Shown: piece after piece, positions 18,202-28,759 of the stretch
How the letters are laid out: each line of letters starts with the position of its first letter
Numbering within the stretch: position 1 is the stretch's first letter
Virus record (IMG/VR): IMGVR_UViG_3300027811_000003
Span: 1-64,000 of that record
Direction: 5' to 3' (one strand)
DNA length: 64,000 bases
Source: a virus
The notes under the pieces: model-generated
What the model was told of the DNA's origin: nothing
Database searches by the model: none
What the model saw: only the letters and a program-made list of their open reading frames with translations
Program-made: the position numbers and the translations under genes

Positions 18202-18344
18202 TGCATTTCTCTCGCGTTTGCCCAAACCCTAGCCGAAGACCAAGTCCAGATTGCGTCAGACCAGGCGCGAGCAGTGATCCAAGCCCAAGCCCCCGTCCGA
18301 GCTCTAGCGTTAGCGCAGGCGTAACGTTGACTGAACAAGATCAT
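18198..18344 (-). CDS. MILF-family microprotein (MILFSQRY...AWAWITARAWSDAIWTWSSAR...)
   Basis: Shares 63 identical nt with 964..1188; ATG overlaps TGA of 18341..18613. Confidence 0.7.
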   Translation of the reverse strand: MILFSQRYACANARARTGAWAWITARAWSDAIWTWSSARVWANAREMQ

Positions 18345-18840
18345 GTTTTTTCAACGAGCAACTTGTCAAGCATGACTGCGCAGACTGGACACGTCGGCGG
18401 CTGCACGTCTCTGATCCAAGCACTGCCGCGATGGTTGTCGATCATGACTATAGCTTCTTTTCCCAAGATCGATCTGACGTCTTCTACTCTGCACCAGTCG
18501 TCTCCCTTGACTCTCCTCTGACGGCAAGCAGTTTGCCCTGGCTCGCTTTCATAGTCAGCCTTGTCAGGAAAAGCTTTCAAGAACTCGACTGCTCGTTGGG
18601 TCAGATGGGTCATCTCAGTTTCTCAATTCTTTCTTGCATTTTTCTAGCCCATTCCAAAATTGATTCAGCAGTGATGACAGTTTCTAAGCTGAACGATTCT
18701 TTTGGCTTGACACCTGCTAAACACATGGCGACTGGATAAACTAAACGATCTTTAGACTCTCTCAAAGATTCTTCAAATTTGCTAAACATTTCCGGTCTTT
18801 GACTCAAGAATGCTAGCACACTAGATTCGTAACCGTTCAC
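18341..18840 (-). other. Two hypothetical genes (18610..18840, 18341..18613) downstream of the radical SAM gene
   Basis: Abutting ORFs. Confidence 0.6.
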
Positions 18841-18844
18841 AGTT

Positions 18845-19732
18845 TCACCTCATGCACAGAGCGCCCTCTTTGATCCAAGAATACGCGACTAATCCATCCT
18901 GAAACACCACGAGCTGTCTGACGAAGTCCAAGCTTGGATCATGCTTCGTCACGTAGTCAGTCAACCTCAAGATGGCTCCGTTGTAGTCGTACACTCCGCC
19001 GCCCCAAGCGTGACCGTGACAGAGCTTGGCGTTTCTCTTCAACCACATCTTTATCCCGAAAAGACCGAGCCTGGAAGGCGTGAATTCGTTCCGCGATCCA
19101 GATGGATTTCCCACTGGCCAACTGGTGATGTTGTCGATTTCGAACGTGTATATGAGTCGCCTGATTGCAACATCGTAAGCTTTTGAGCAGTCGACTTCTC
19201 CTTTCCTCAGAAGCAACGTCGCTCGCACTCCGAGCCCATGTCGACGCACGTTTTCGACGATGACACTGAAATTAGGGTAGTCATACAAACCGTAAGCCTC
19301 AGCTTGTCTGTACCTGTCTGTCGAATGAATTGAAACGGCGACGTTCGTCAGACCGAGAATCTTCCAAAGCGGAAGATACGTGTCACAGAAGTCTTTGTCT
19401 CCAAGCAAGATTCCGTTCGTGAACAAGTTCACGTTAGGGAAGTGCGCTCCTTGATCAGCGCACTTGCTGTAAACTTCCAATGCACGAGTGACAGCGTCTG
19501 GATCTACTGTCGGCTCGCCTGCGCCGGTCAACGACAACGACCAACCACCGTAACGCGCAGACAGCTTGATCGCCGACTCAAGATTCTTGTGAAAGTTGTC
19601 CAACTTGCCTAGGTCGTCTGTCTTGGGAGCCTGAGGTCGCAGGTACTTGCCCGCGCAAAACGAACAGTTCGCGTTGCACTTGCCGTTTCCGACAAGGGCT
19701 GAAACACTGTAAATCTTTTCTATGCACGCCAT
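18845..19732 (-). CDS. Radical SAM protein
   Basis: CNANCSFC (CxxxCxxC), TGAGEPT, FTNG; no C-terminal SPASM cysteines. Confidence 0.9.
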   Translation of the reverse strand: MACIEKIYSVSALVGNGKCNANCSFCAGKYLRPQAPKTDDLGKLDNFHKNLESAIKLSARYGGWSLSLTGAGEPTVDPDAVTRALEVYSKCADQGAHFPNVNLFTNGILLGDKDFCDTYLPLWKILGLTNVAVSIHSTDRYRQAEAYGLYDYPNFSVIVENVRRHGLGVRATLLLRKGEVDCSKAYDVAIRRLIYTFEIDNITSWPVGNPSGSRNEFTPSRLGLFGIKMWLKRNAKLCHGHAWGGGVYDYNGAILRLTDYVTKHDPSLDFVRQLVVFQDGLVAYSWIKEGALCMR

Positions 19733-19744
19733 GTTTTCTCCTGT

Positions 19745-19858
19745 TCACTCGAAAGGCAAGAAATACGCTTTAGATCCAGAATATCTGTGCACTATGTGCC
19801 AAGCTCTAGCGAGAACGTAGAAGTGGTGAGTTCGTGAAGACGTATTGAACAAGATCAT
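19745..19858 (-). CDS. MILF-family microprotein (MILFNTSSRTHHFYVLARAWHIVHRYSGSKAYFLPFE)
   Basis: Fills the gap between protease stop (ATGA overlap) and radical SAM RBS. Confidence 0.65.
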   Translation of the reverse strand: MILFNTSSRTHHFYVLARAWHIVHRYSGSKAYFLPFE

Positions 19859-21948
19859 TTCTTCATTTCTCCCAACGTCTTGGCGTCGATAGTCTTCTTC
19901 TCGACGAGCAAGTCCCTCAGCGTGGCGACGAGAGCTTTGTTCTCGCTCAAGATCTCTTGCGCACGTTTCTTCTGAGTCGCCAAAATCACCCTCACCTCGT
20001 CCTCAATCTTCATCTTCAAGTTCTCAGACAGAGGGTCGACGACTTTGTTGTCCTGGTCGAATCCCTTCGAGCGCCGTGAGCCGATCAGATCGCTGCCGAA
20101 CCCGCAGTCCTCGATCAGCGCCCTAGCGATCGACGTCGCTTGGTCTATGTCTCCGACGCTTCCAGTCGACAGGTCTCCGAAGAACAGCATCTCAGCTTCA
20201 CGTCCTCCGTACAGCGCGCACACTCGATCTAACAGCTGCTTCTGAGTCGTCACGTACTTGTGCGCGTCGTCCTTGTACTGCACGTAGCCCAAAGCGTTAG
20301 CGATGTCACTCTTGATCGAGATCCTCTCGATCACGGGAGCGTCAGGACAGAACATCGCGACGACTGCGTGACCTGCTTCGTGAGTCGCGATCACGTGTTC
20401 TTCTTTCGGACTCAAAGTCGCCCGCTCCTTGCGACCCTTCATCGCCTTCTCGACGTCTTCGATCGTGGTCTCGTTTGCACGCTTCTCGCGGATCCTCATG
20501 CGAGCGAGCGTCCTGCACAATGCCTGGAGATGGTCACCAGAATAGTGAGTGTTCGTTTCCTCGACGATCCCAGCAGTTTCCTTGACTGCGAACTCCATCG
20601 CGTCTTTGCTCATCTTCAATCCCATCTTCTCGTCGTAGATAGAGAAGATCGCTTTGCGATCGTCGGCGTTCGGATACGGGATCTCGATGTGAAACTCGAA
20701 CCGGCCAGGACGAAGCAACGCAGGGTCGAGCGACTCGACAAAGTTCGTTGTTCCGACGATGAACACGAGTTCGTCCTTCCTGAACCCGTCCATCTCAGTC
20801 AGCAGTTGGTTGACCATCGAGTGCTCGACGCCTGAGCCTTGGTACATTCCTCGGGCTTGCGCGAATGAATCGAGCTCGTCGAAGATGATGACAGCCGGTG
20901 CCGCCTGTCGAGCTTGAGCAAACACTCGACGAAGATTCTCCTCGCTCTCACCGACCCACTTTGACTTGAGCTCAGGACCAGACACGACAGTGACTGCCGC
21001 TCCGAGCGCCGTCGCCATTGCCTTCGCGATGTACGTCTTGCCAGTCCCAGGAGGACCCCAGAAGATCATGCCACGAGGGATCAAGCTCTCGACCTCCTTG
21101 ATCTGAGCTTCAGACGCAGCTGCGTCCTTCACCGTCAATAGATCGAGGATCTCTTCCTTGAGCTGCTTCTTGACCTTGTCGTACCCTCCGATGTCCTTGT
21201 CGAGATCGACGTTCGGCAGAGTGACAGAACCGACGAGAGTCGCCTGTCGAAGCTGCTTGTACACTGGCTTGTTGTCAGTCGGATAGTCTTCACCCTTCAA
21301 CGAAGACAGGAGACGCCGCAGACGAACAGCTTGGATACCTGAGACGTGTTTGTACAGCTCGTAGGGATCGAAGACGACTCCTCGAGACAGCTTGCGACTC
21401 TCACGCTGAGTGACGATGGACGCGAGTCGCTCTCGTGCGACTCCCAAGAACGCTTGGTGTCGTGGAAACAAGTTCGAAATGACGCAAGGGAGAGGGAACG
21501 AAGGATCCTTGAACCCGAGAAATATGAGACCAGGATTCTCGTACAGAAGAGTGATGACCTCACGAGCCTCAGACGTGAGACCTCCGTTCGACGTCGTGAG
21601 CAGGTCGAGGTGAGGAAGCACGACGATCTGGTCGTCGACCACTCCGCGAACGCACTCACGCAGGTAGTGGACGATCGTTCCCACGAGACCAGCTCCCATC
21701 GGAGGCTCTGTCATTCCTTGGATCGTGCGACCGTCCAAGTACACAAACTTCTTGCCGTTCTTCTTGAGTCGATCACGAACGCACTTGTAGATGAAAGGCG
21801 TGAGTTCCTTCTCAGACTCGATCAGGACTGGCAAACAACTGTTCAAACTATCAATGACGTTGAGCAACTCTGCAGGATATGCAGCCTCAACTGCAGCAAA
21901 TGGAGAGATTTCGTTTGGGAGAGACGCTTCAGGGATTTGGAGTGCCAT
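19855..21948 (-). CDS. Soluble FtsH-like AAA+ ATPase / M41 metallopeptidase
   Basis: GPPGTGKT, IIFDELD, LDPALLRPGRF, HEAGH, GGREAE; no transmembrane segments, ~240-aa N-terminal extra domain. Confidence 0.9.
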   Translation of the reverse strand: MALQIPEASLPNEISPFAAVEAAYPAELLNVIDSLNSCLPVLIESEKELTPFIYKCVRDRLKKNGKKFVYLDGRTIQGMTEPPMGAGLVGTIVHYLRECVRGVVDDQIVVLPHLDLLTTSNGGLTSEAREVITLLYENPGLIFLGFKDPSFPLPCVISNLFPRHQAFLGVARERLASIVTQRESRKLSRGVVFDPYELYKHVSGIQAVRLRRLLSSLKGEDYPTDNKPVYKQLRQATLVGSVTLPNVDLDKDIGGYDKVKKQLKEEILDLLTVKDAAASEAQIKEVESLIPRGMIFWGPPGTGKTYIAKAMATALGAAVTVVSGPELKSKWVGESEENLRRVFAQARQAAPAVIIFDELDSFAQARGMYQGSGVEHSMVNQLLTEMDGFRKDELVFIVGTTNFVESLDPALLRPGRFEFHIEIPYPNADDRKAIFSIYDEKMGLKMSKDAMEFAVKETAGIVEETNTHYSGDHLQALCRTLARMRIREKRANETTIEDVEKAMKGRKERATLSPKEEHVIATHEAGHAVVAMFCPDAPVIERISIKSDIANALGYVQYKDDAHKYVTTQKQLLDRVCALYGGREAEMLFFGDLSTGSVGDIDQATSIARALIEDCGFGSDLIGSRRSKGFDQDNKVVDPLSENLKMKIEDEVRVILATQKKRAQEILSENKALVATLRDLLVEKKTIDAKTLGEMKK

Positions 21949-22137
21949 GAGAAGATAGTACTACGAAACTACAGAATAAAACACTTCTTAAATTCAGAAC
22001 AAATTTCGACTATCCGATGTAGGAATCGTAAGTTTCAAGATCAACGGCAATTTCTTCTGGCGAAGAATTCAAAATGAAATTTTTGTATCCGTTTGTTACT
22101 GCATTTTCGATGGCCTCGAAAACAATTTTTCTGATGT

Positions 22138-22359
22138 TCATTGTGTTCCTTTGATTATGACAAGCACTTCACGATTAGAAACGAGTTTGGCAAAGTTAGA
22201 CATCACACTCATCATTTTCTTTGGAATGTCGTAGTGAGGATATCGTCCTCCGTGAAACCAACAGCGATTTATTCCAATGTCTTTTGCCATCAAATGCAAA
22301 TTTTCCGTTGAATACGGAACGCAAACTAGATGTCTAGTTATGTCGTAATAGTAAGCCAT
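22138..22359 (-). CDS. DUF4031-like small protein
   Basis: HL...LH.MA..IG..R.WF....HYD pattern. Confidence 0.55.
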   Translation of the reverse strand: MAYYYDITRHLVCVPYSTENLHLMAKDIGINRCWFHGGRYPHYDIPKKMMSVMSNFAKLVSNREVLVIIKGTQ

Positions 22360-22415
22360 GAGAAGATAGTACTACGAAATTGCTGAAATTTAAACTTCGC
22401 GGTTCGAACTAAAAG

Positions 22416-22913
22416 TCATACGTCTGCAAGTCTCTGAACGTACTCTGAAATGGCAGCGTTTGCACCCAGCTCCTCGAACTTAGAATGATCAGTGACAGGT
22501 ATCCCCACAATCTGCAACATTGTATGACATATTTCATGACAGAGTCCATCGAACGACGACCCGACCCAAATCTCATTTCCCCAACAGATGCCCCACACTT
22601 TCTCAGGCGCACCAATGATCCTAGGATGATTTGGATTTGGAATCATGACATCAGGCCAAACTAGAACGTACATGTTCGCCAACGAAAGCGCAGGAACTTT
22701 GAGATGCTTTTTAGAACATTCTAGAGCCAAGTTAAACGCTGTGATAAGACGCTTGACGTCGCCGTCGTTGCCTTTCCAAGCGTATTTGACACCGTCTTGC
22801 ATATCAAGCCAACGAACCGTTGTCGCTCGCAAAGCGACGACAAGTACGACGACAAGCGCCGCGACAATCACGACAGCCAGACCAAGCCCGATCCATTCAC
22901 CTATTTGCAACAT
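22416..22913 (-). CDS. Membrane-anchored protein with HExxH motif
   Basis: N-terminal hydrophobic helix; HEICH. Confidence 0.65.
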   Translation of the reverse strand: MLQIGEWIGLGLAVVIVAALVVVLVVALRATTVRWLDMQDGVKYAWKGNDGDVKRLITAFNLALECSKKHLKVPALSLANMYVLVWPDVMIPNPNHPRIIGAPEKVWGICWGNEIWVGSSFDGLCHEICHTMLQIVGIPVTDHSKFEELGANAAISEYVQRLADV

Positions 22914-22965
22914 TTAGTGTCTCCAAGTTTTCGATCATTGGATCTGCGTGATTCGCGAACACTCG

Positions 22966-23145
22966 TTACCAAGCTCCAGTTGCGTTCGCGTATACTAAAG
23001 CTACGTCAAAAAGCGGACCTTTATAAGAACTAGCCCAAGATTTAGCACGCTTGGTAACGCTATGATCGTTTTCAAATTCATTGCGAATCGCAGACGCTGA
23101 AGACCACGAGGTCTCACGACTCGTCAAAAGAACGAACAACGTCAC
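22966..23145 (-). CDS. MILF-family microprotein (GTG start; MTLFVLLTSR...RAKSWAS...)
   Basis: GTGA overlap with 23142..23342. Confidence 0.55.
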   Translation of the reverse strand: MTLFVLLTSRETSWSSASAIRNEFENDHSVTKRAKSWASSYKGPLFDVALVYANATGAW

Positions 23146-23342
23146 ACGTTAGCCCTTGCTTTCGCAAGCGTCGCAGATCCTTCTCTTGCTCTGTAATACG
23201 TCCACGACTTGTTACCAGTGCCCCATCTTCTATGGATGAACAAAGCTCTAGCCTTAGAAAGCATAAATCTGCCACGATAAATGCTCCCGTCAGAGTGAGA
23301 GACGATCTTCGTCATCATATTTGGAAGATGAAACAAGATCAT
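23142..23342 (-). CDS. MILF-family microprotein (MILFHLPNM...AKARANV)
   Basis: Track ORF; ATGA overlap with 23339..23809. Confidence 0.65.
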   Translation of the reverse strand: MILFHLPNMMTKIVSHSDGSIYRGRFMLSKARALFIHRRWGTGNKSWTYYRAREGSATLAKARANV

Positions 23343-23809
23343 TTAGCGTGCGAAGCCTTGACAGCTGCGATGCAACGCTCTACAAAATCAGTGTGCATTG
23401 AACTCGGAAAGTCAGTGATGAAATAAGATCCTTCAGTGCTGTCGATGATTCGCTCGATGAAAGGCTCGTAGACTTGCGTATCGTTGCAAACGATTGACTT
23501 CGACAAGGCCAGCATCGCGGCGTCGCACGAGCACTTCGCCACGACTTCTGTCATCTTGTCTTCTCTTTTCTTGTCTTTTGCAAGACGACGTTGTTCTGAC
23601 TTCTCGTGGTCTGCGACGCAACGCTCTTCTGACACAAAACCCGCCAGCTGGCAGCTTAATGACACGCTTGGATCTACTTCATGCTCACCGTTGTAACCAC
23701 GAGGAGTGTATGGAGACCGATGAGGAGGCATCTTGTACTTTCGCTCGACAGAGCATTCGTTGTACCCGCATCCTTCGCACGTCATGCTGTAAACTTGAAT
23801 GACTTTCAT
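23339..23809 (-). CDS. Hypothetical Cys-containing protein
   Basis: Start moved to ATG 23809 (ATGA overlap with small upstream membrane ORF). Confidence 0.6.
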   Translation of the reverse strand: MKVIQVYSMTCEGCGYNECSVERKYKMPPHRSPYTPRGYNGEHEVDPSVSLSCQLAGFVSEERCVADHEKSEQRRLAKDKKREDKMTEVVAKCSCDAAMLALSKSIVCNDTQVYEPFIERIIDSTEGSYFITDFPSSMHTDFVERCIAAVKASHAK

Positions 23810-23926
23810 TTCGTATCTTTCTTGTTTGTATTGCACGCCAACAGCAACGCTAGCAAAATCGTTATTCCAGTCGGAGACAACACGAACCAAACGAAAAGCA
23901 AAAGTAACATGAACGAACAAAACATG

Positions 23927-26775
23927 TCAACTCCAAGAGATCTTTGCGATCTTCGTTTCTGGAAAATACGACTTCATGAATTCTTCTGCGTTTATGACGA
24001 CACGCTCGAGTTCGACTGGAAACTTCTGCCCGACGTCGATGAAGAAGTAAACCTTGTCGTAATCAGGAAAGCGAATCACTTCAACTCGTAAAAGATTGAG
24101 ATCCATGTCGTCGCTCACCTTTCGTCGTCGAAACCCAGCATCAGTTCGACGAGAAGCATCGCAGTGGACGCCATTCCCTCGCTTGCGTATCCGAAGTCAC
24201 CGATGGGCGTCAGCACTGCTTTGTGGTCGTCAGCCTCTTTTCGATGCTTGATGTATCCCTCGGCCAAAGCGATCAATTGAAGTTTTTTCTCTTCAGTCAT
24301 CGTGTTCCTTTCAACCGCACATCAAGACGAAGCCGTCAACTACCCACTTGGCCAGCTGCGCTCCGTTGAACTTTTCGATCTTCTTGACGACAGGCACACC
24401 GATCTCGTTGAGAAAATTCGCGGCGGCGTCTTTGCTGTCTGACTTCATTACGTCGATCGCCTTCTGGCAATCGAACATCTCAACTTCATATCCAAGCGAA
24501 GTCAATTCTTGGTAAAGCTCTTCGACATCGCTAGAAGGCAGATGCTCTGTCTCCCACATGTTTTCTACTCCATCACTCTTGGGCTTCATGTAATCTTCTT
24601 CGTTGAAATCTGCTTCCATTTTCTTACTTTGAACTCCTACGACCGTTGCGACGATTTTTTCGTTCGACTTTGCGCTCTGCTCGTTTGATCTTCTTCGCTA
24701 GACGCTGTTCCTTCGAGATCGGATAGTGTCGACGTTGAGAAGGCGAAAAGTCGTTGAGCAAAGAAGAAAGAGCGACGACAGTTAAAACATTCATGTTGTT
24801 CATGTTCATTTTGAAATTGTAACACTGAAATTCTTAATGTTTAACTGCGACCTTCTCTTGTTTTTTCTGCTCTTCTTGTTTCGCCTGATTTGACGACCCG
24901 AGTCCCTCTCGTTCAACGTCGATAGTCGACGCCTCTTCCTTCGAGATCACGCCAGTCGCGAGTATCAACTCAATCAACCGCTTGTGCTCTTGCTCGTGTT
25001 CGAACGCAGTCGCGTCAGAATCGCTGTCGTACTTCACGACGATAGTCTTTTTCTTCGTATCGGGATTGATCTCCAGCTTAAGCGTCATAGTCCCCATTTA
25101 CTTTTTGCCTCGTCTCTAGCTTCGAAAAACATCTTCACCCTGATTCGAATCAACTCTTCCATGGTAATTGGACAGACAGACAAAAACGTGCAGCCATCTT
25201 TTTCGACCCACTTCATGATCTCAGGCCAAAGCTTCGATTCGTCTTCGTCAAGATACTCAGAAGTCTTGAAATATTTAGACAAGTTTGCAGCGGAGTTGTG
25301 CATGACATCGTTCATGGACATTTTGAAAGCACAAAACAAACTGCCGCAAGCGAATTCCTGAGCGCTAACACTGAAAAACACGTCGTTCATGCAGTCCTTG
25401 TGCAGCACGCTGCAGTAAGCGTGCTTGTCTTTTTTATCGAGCGGATACGTGTCGCTGAGGGCCAAGAAGTCAACGTGCATAGGTTCAAACACGAGTTCTG
25501 GTGGAATCTCAAATGCCTTTAGCACTGTAGATTTCAACAGACGTTTTACTTCTCTCTCTACTTTCTTGTCGTCGATCATGGCGTCTTGATCAAAATATAC
25601 GCGAAACGTACGTTGTTGCACGCACTTCTTTAAGCTCGCGTCTGCATGCATCATCAAAATCTGTCAAATCAAGAAGTCTTTCTTTGAATTCCTTCCATCC
25701 GTTCTTCGTGTTGAAGAGCAAAAAATTGCTGAGAAAGATGTACGGAACATCAAATCCGTCGATTTCTCCGACGATGCACGAATGCGACGAAGGTGGGACC
25801 GACCTAGCACTTTCAGGGAAAGCCTTCTTCCACTCATCACGCTTCATGACAGTCATGGCTTGATTTCTTTCTCGCCACGTTCATCGAAGATCGTAGACAA
25901 CGCTGGAAAACCCCAAGGAGTTTCGTCGTTCGCGACTGCGAACATGTTCTCGAAGTGATCTTTCGGCAAGTACTTCGCGAAGTCCCACGGTTCAGCTTCA
26001 TCAGGAATTTCTATGGCTTCAAGACAATACCACTTACCAGACTTCTTGAAAAAGTTTACGTTTACTTTCATGTCTTTGTCTTCCTCTTCCTTGGTTTCTT
26101 CTCTGGATAGTGACGCTTGACGAAGTTCTTCGTGAGTTCTCCTATTCCTTCTGTGACTGCTGCGAAGACAATGCTCGTCGCGACGTCCTTCAAAAACTCT
26201 CTAAACAAGATCTTTGCTAATATGTTCATCACAGTCGTTCCTCAGATAGAAATTGATTTTGCCGAATGATCCAACGACGCTAGATTGCAACCTGTAGTTC
26301 ATATCGTACAGATAGTCAGCTGCAACCTTTTCGTCTTCAAGGAAACGAACGTCTCCGTCTTCTACGAAGAACACAGTCGCGCTACCCCTGATAAACTTGT
26401 CACCGTGCTTGATGAGTTCATTACACCTGACAACTGCTGTCATCTGAGAAGTCATGCGATTCCTTCTATGCTCAAGAGTTTCAATCGAAGATCGTCAATC
26501 ACGTTCTTCCACAGCTTGATCTCCTTGAGCCCACGTTTAGTCAAAATGAAGCTGCCGTCGTCCAACTTCTCCAGCATCTTCCTAGCCACGAGAATCGGAA
26601 TTTCGAAGATGACAGTTTCCCTACCGAAACGTGGAGAATGCAAAACTGAGATAGACCTGCTGACGAGATCGTCGAACGTAAAGTTCCTCGAACACGACGA
26701 CAAAATGACAAATTCGCCAAACGAAGTATTGGTATTCTGTGGGTTCATTTCTTTCCTGCACGTGTATGTTTCCAT
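23927..26775 (-). other. Block of hypothetical genes (26452..26775, 26201..26455, 25853..26071, 25590..25856, 25085..~25579, 24624..24809, 24311..24619, 24115..24300, 23927..24118)
   Basis: Abutting same-strand ORFs. Confidence 0.6.
24834..25097 (-). CDS. Small protein resembling a partner domain of bacterial FtsH ternary systems
   Basis: TLKLEINPDTKKKTIVVKYDSDSDA..FEHEQEHKRLIE recalled from such loci; unverified. Confidence 0.45.
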   Translation of the reverse strand: MGTMTLKLEINPDTKKKTIVVKYDSDSDATAFEHEQEHKRLIELILATGVISKEEASTIDVEREGLGSSNQAKQEEQKKQEKVAVKH

Positions 26776-26808
26776 TTTGTCATATTACAACGAAAAAACT
26801 GAATTTAA

Positions 26809-26892
26809 TACGCCGGGAGGGACTCGAACCCACATGACCTTTCGATCGTTTGCTCTTAAGGCAAAAGCGGCTACCAGTTTCGCCACCGGCGC
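26809..26892 (-). tRNA. tRNA-Leu(TAA)
   Basis: TTTGC-CTTAAGA-GCAAA anticodon arm, long variable arm, GGTTCGAGTCC. Confidence 0.9.
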
Positions 26893-27954
26893 TCAAATCA
26901 CCTCGTATTGATGTGTGTGAAAATGCCGTGATGAGATTGCTCGTGAGCTCTCACGCCGTATTCAAACGCAAACTTGATAGGAAAAAGCATCTCATGCGCC
27001 TCTTTATTCGTGATATTACGTACGGGAGTCCCGTGAAGCATTTGAGCGCTGTCACGAATCACGATCTTGTAACGTCCTAGAGACATCTCGTCTGCTTCTA
27101 CACCAACAGTATAATTTGAGTTCATCAGTCATTTCCTCTTGAATTTGCATTCGTTGTTGTGACCTCTAGACAGTAGATCTTTGATGTCACATTTACACTT
27201 AACTTCTTTCGCTTCGACATTCAGAAGCGTCTTGACGCTGCAAAGGTCTTTGACGGGCGCAAACGCAGGAACTACCAAACACCCGTTGCTTTTGGCATCG
27301 TCATAAAGCTTGTCATGCTCGTACGTTGGCAAAGTGATCGACTCAAGGTCGATTAAATCTTTCACTGGTATGCACGAATGGAGTTGCCCGGCAAGATCGC
27401 TTATACTTTCTACTCGTGAACAAATTTGAAACGAATTGCCAGCTGCTGTTCGGAATAATCTAGGCGCTGAAATGTAATTTGAAACGAGCGTTGACTGCCA
27501 GACGACGAGCGTTCCCTTGGAAATTTTCGTTAAACTCCACGCTCGATAAAAATCCGTGTTGATTTCAAACATGTTGGTGTTATCTCTTTCTCGTCAAAAC
27601 GAATAATCGTAATACCGCTTTCGCCAACCAATCAAGAACTTCTTACCGCACGAAATCCAACCACGCTTTGTGAGCTTGGCAGTGAACTCGTCGCCGTTCG
27701 GGTCAGGAAAGAATTCATATTCTTGAGACTCGTCTGCGCCACGTGAATCTATTCGCACACTCTTGTCAGTTCGCACCTTGATCTTCTTCTTGTCTTCAGA
27801 CACCCAAGTGATCGTGCACGGCATCCTGTCAGTCCAAAGCACATACGTCGCTCCCATCCCAACTTCGGGGACTTGATCTTCGACGTTCGCCAGCACGATG
27901 TTAGTGATAGAACCGAATTTGTTTGCCATCAATCTCTCCTGTTTAATCGCTAAG

Positions 27955-28027
27955 TGGGTCCGGCGGGATTCGAACCCGCAATCTCAACGCTTAAAAGGCG
28001 TGCGGCTTACCATTGGTCTACGAACCC
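27955..28027 (-). tRNA. tRNA-Lys(TTT)
   Basis: GGGTTCG/CGGACCC acceptor, CTTTTAA loop, GGTTCGAATCC. Confidence 0.9.
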
Positions 28028-28759
28028 GTTCTGCTCCATCTTACTTCGGCGAATCAGCTTTAGCCAACTTCGTTCCGTAGTTGGCTCCACGTTTGCAATA
28101 CGTGAAGTCAGCAGCGACCCGGCCACATGAGATGAGCGGGATCATCTCTTCGAAGTCGTGAAGAAAGATGTTGTACGTTGTAGGTTCGCTGAAGATCGAG
28201 TGCGCTTCCACGTAAGCAGCCGAGCGTCCTCTGACGAACGAGAAGTCGTATAACGTGTCGCGAAACACGCGATTGTAGATCATCTCGTTTGGCACGAAAC
28301 AACCGTTGACATACGAGTCACCAGTGTTGTAATGAGGAACGTTGCCAGTGAACTGATTGATCGGTATCTTGCCATCCCACTTCGATTTCTTACTCATCCG
28401 TTTGTGATCTCCTGTCCGTCGATTGTCAAGCAGGCGTGTTCGATGTCATCAAGCAAGATGCGAGCTGCCTTCAAAGTCGTTAGCAAGTCTGGTCTGATTG
28501 CCTGATCGTTTGTTTGCGCGCCAATTGTTTGCGTCGTTCGAAGCGTCCTGCCGTACTCTCGTTTGACAGAACAGTCAGTCATAAGCACGTCATACGTTAT
28601 GTATGCAATTGGCATGCCATAAAAATCGTTTGTCACACGCACTGCGATTGGAACACGACGAATCTCTTTGGGAACGTCAAGAACTTTTGGCGTTTGCGTT
28701 GACGACAGAGGCTTGATCTTCGTGATATTTTTCTTGTTTGACATGACTTCTCCTTTTCA

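Noticed and set aside
964-18344. TGA recoded as Trp, making arrays single proteins
   Set aside because: ATGA overlaps change frame at each junction, and conserved enzymes end at TGA at expected lengths.
1020-18521. Antisense ORFs rich in AQAQ or PSPS (e.g. 1020..1202, 1217..1474, 8576..8905, 18201..18521)
   Set aside because: Shadows of MILF repeats on the non-transcribed strand, without promoters or RBS.
19855-21948. Calling the protease ftsH
   Set aside because: No transmembrane segments and a different N-terminal domain, so not a canonical FtsH orthologue.
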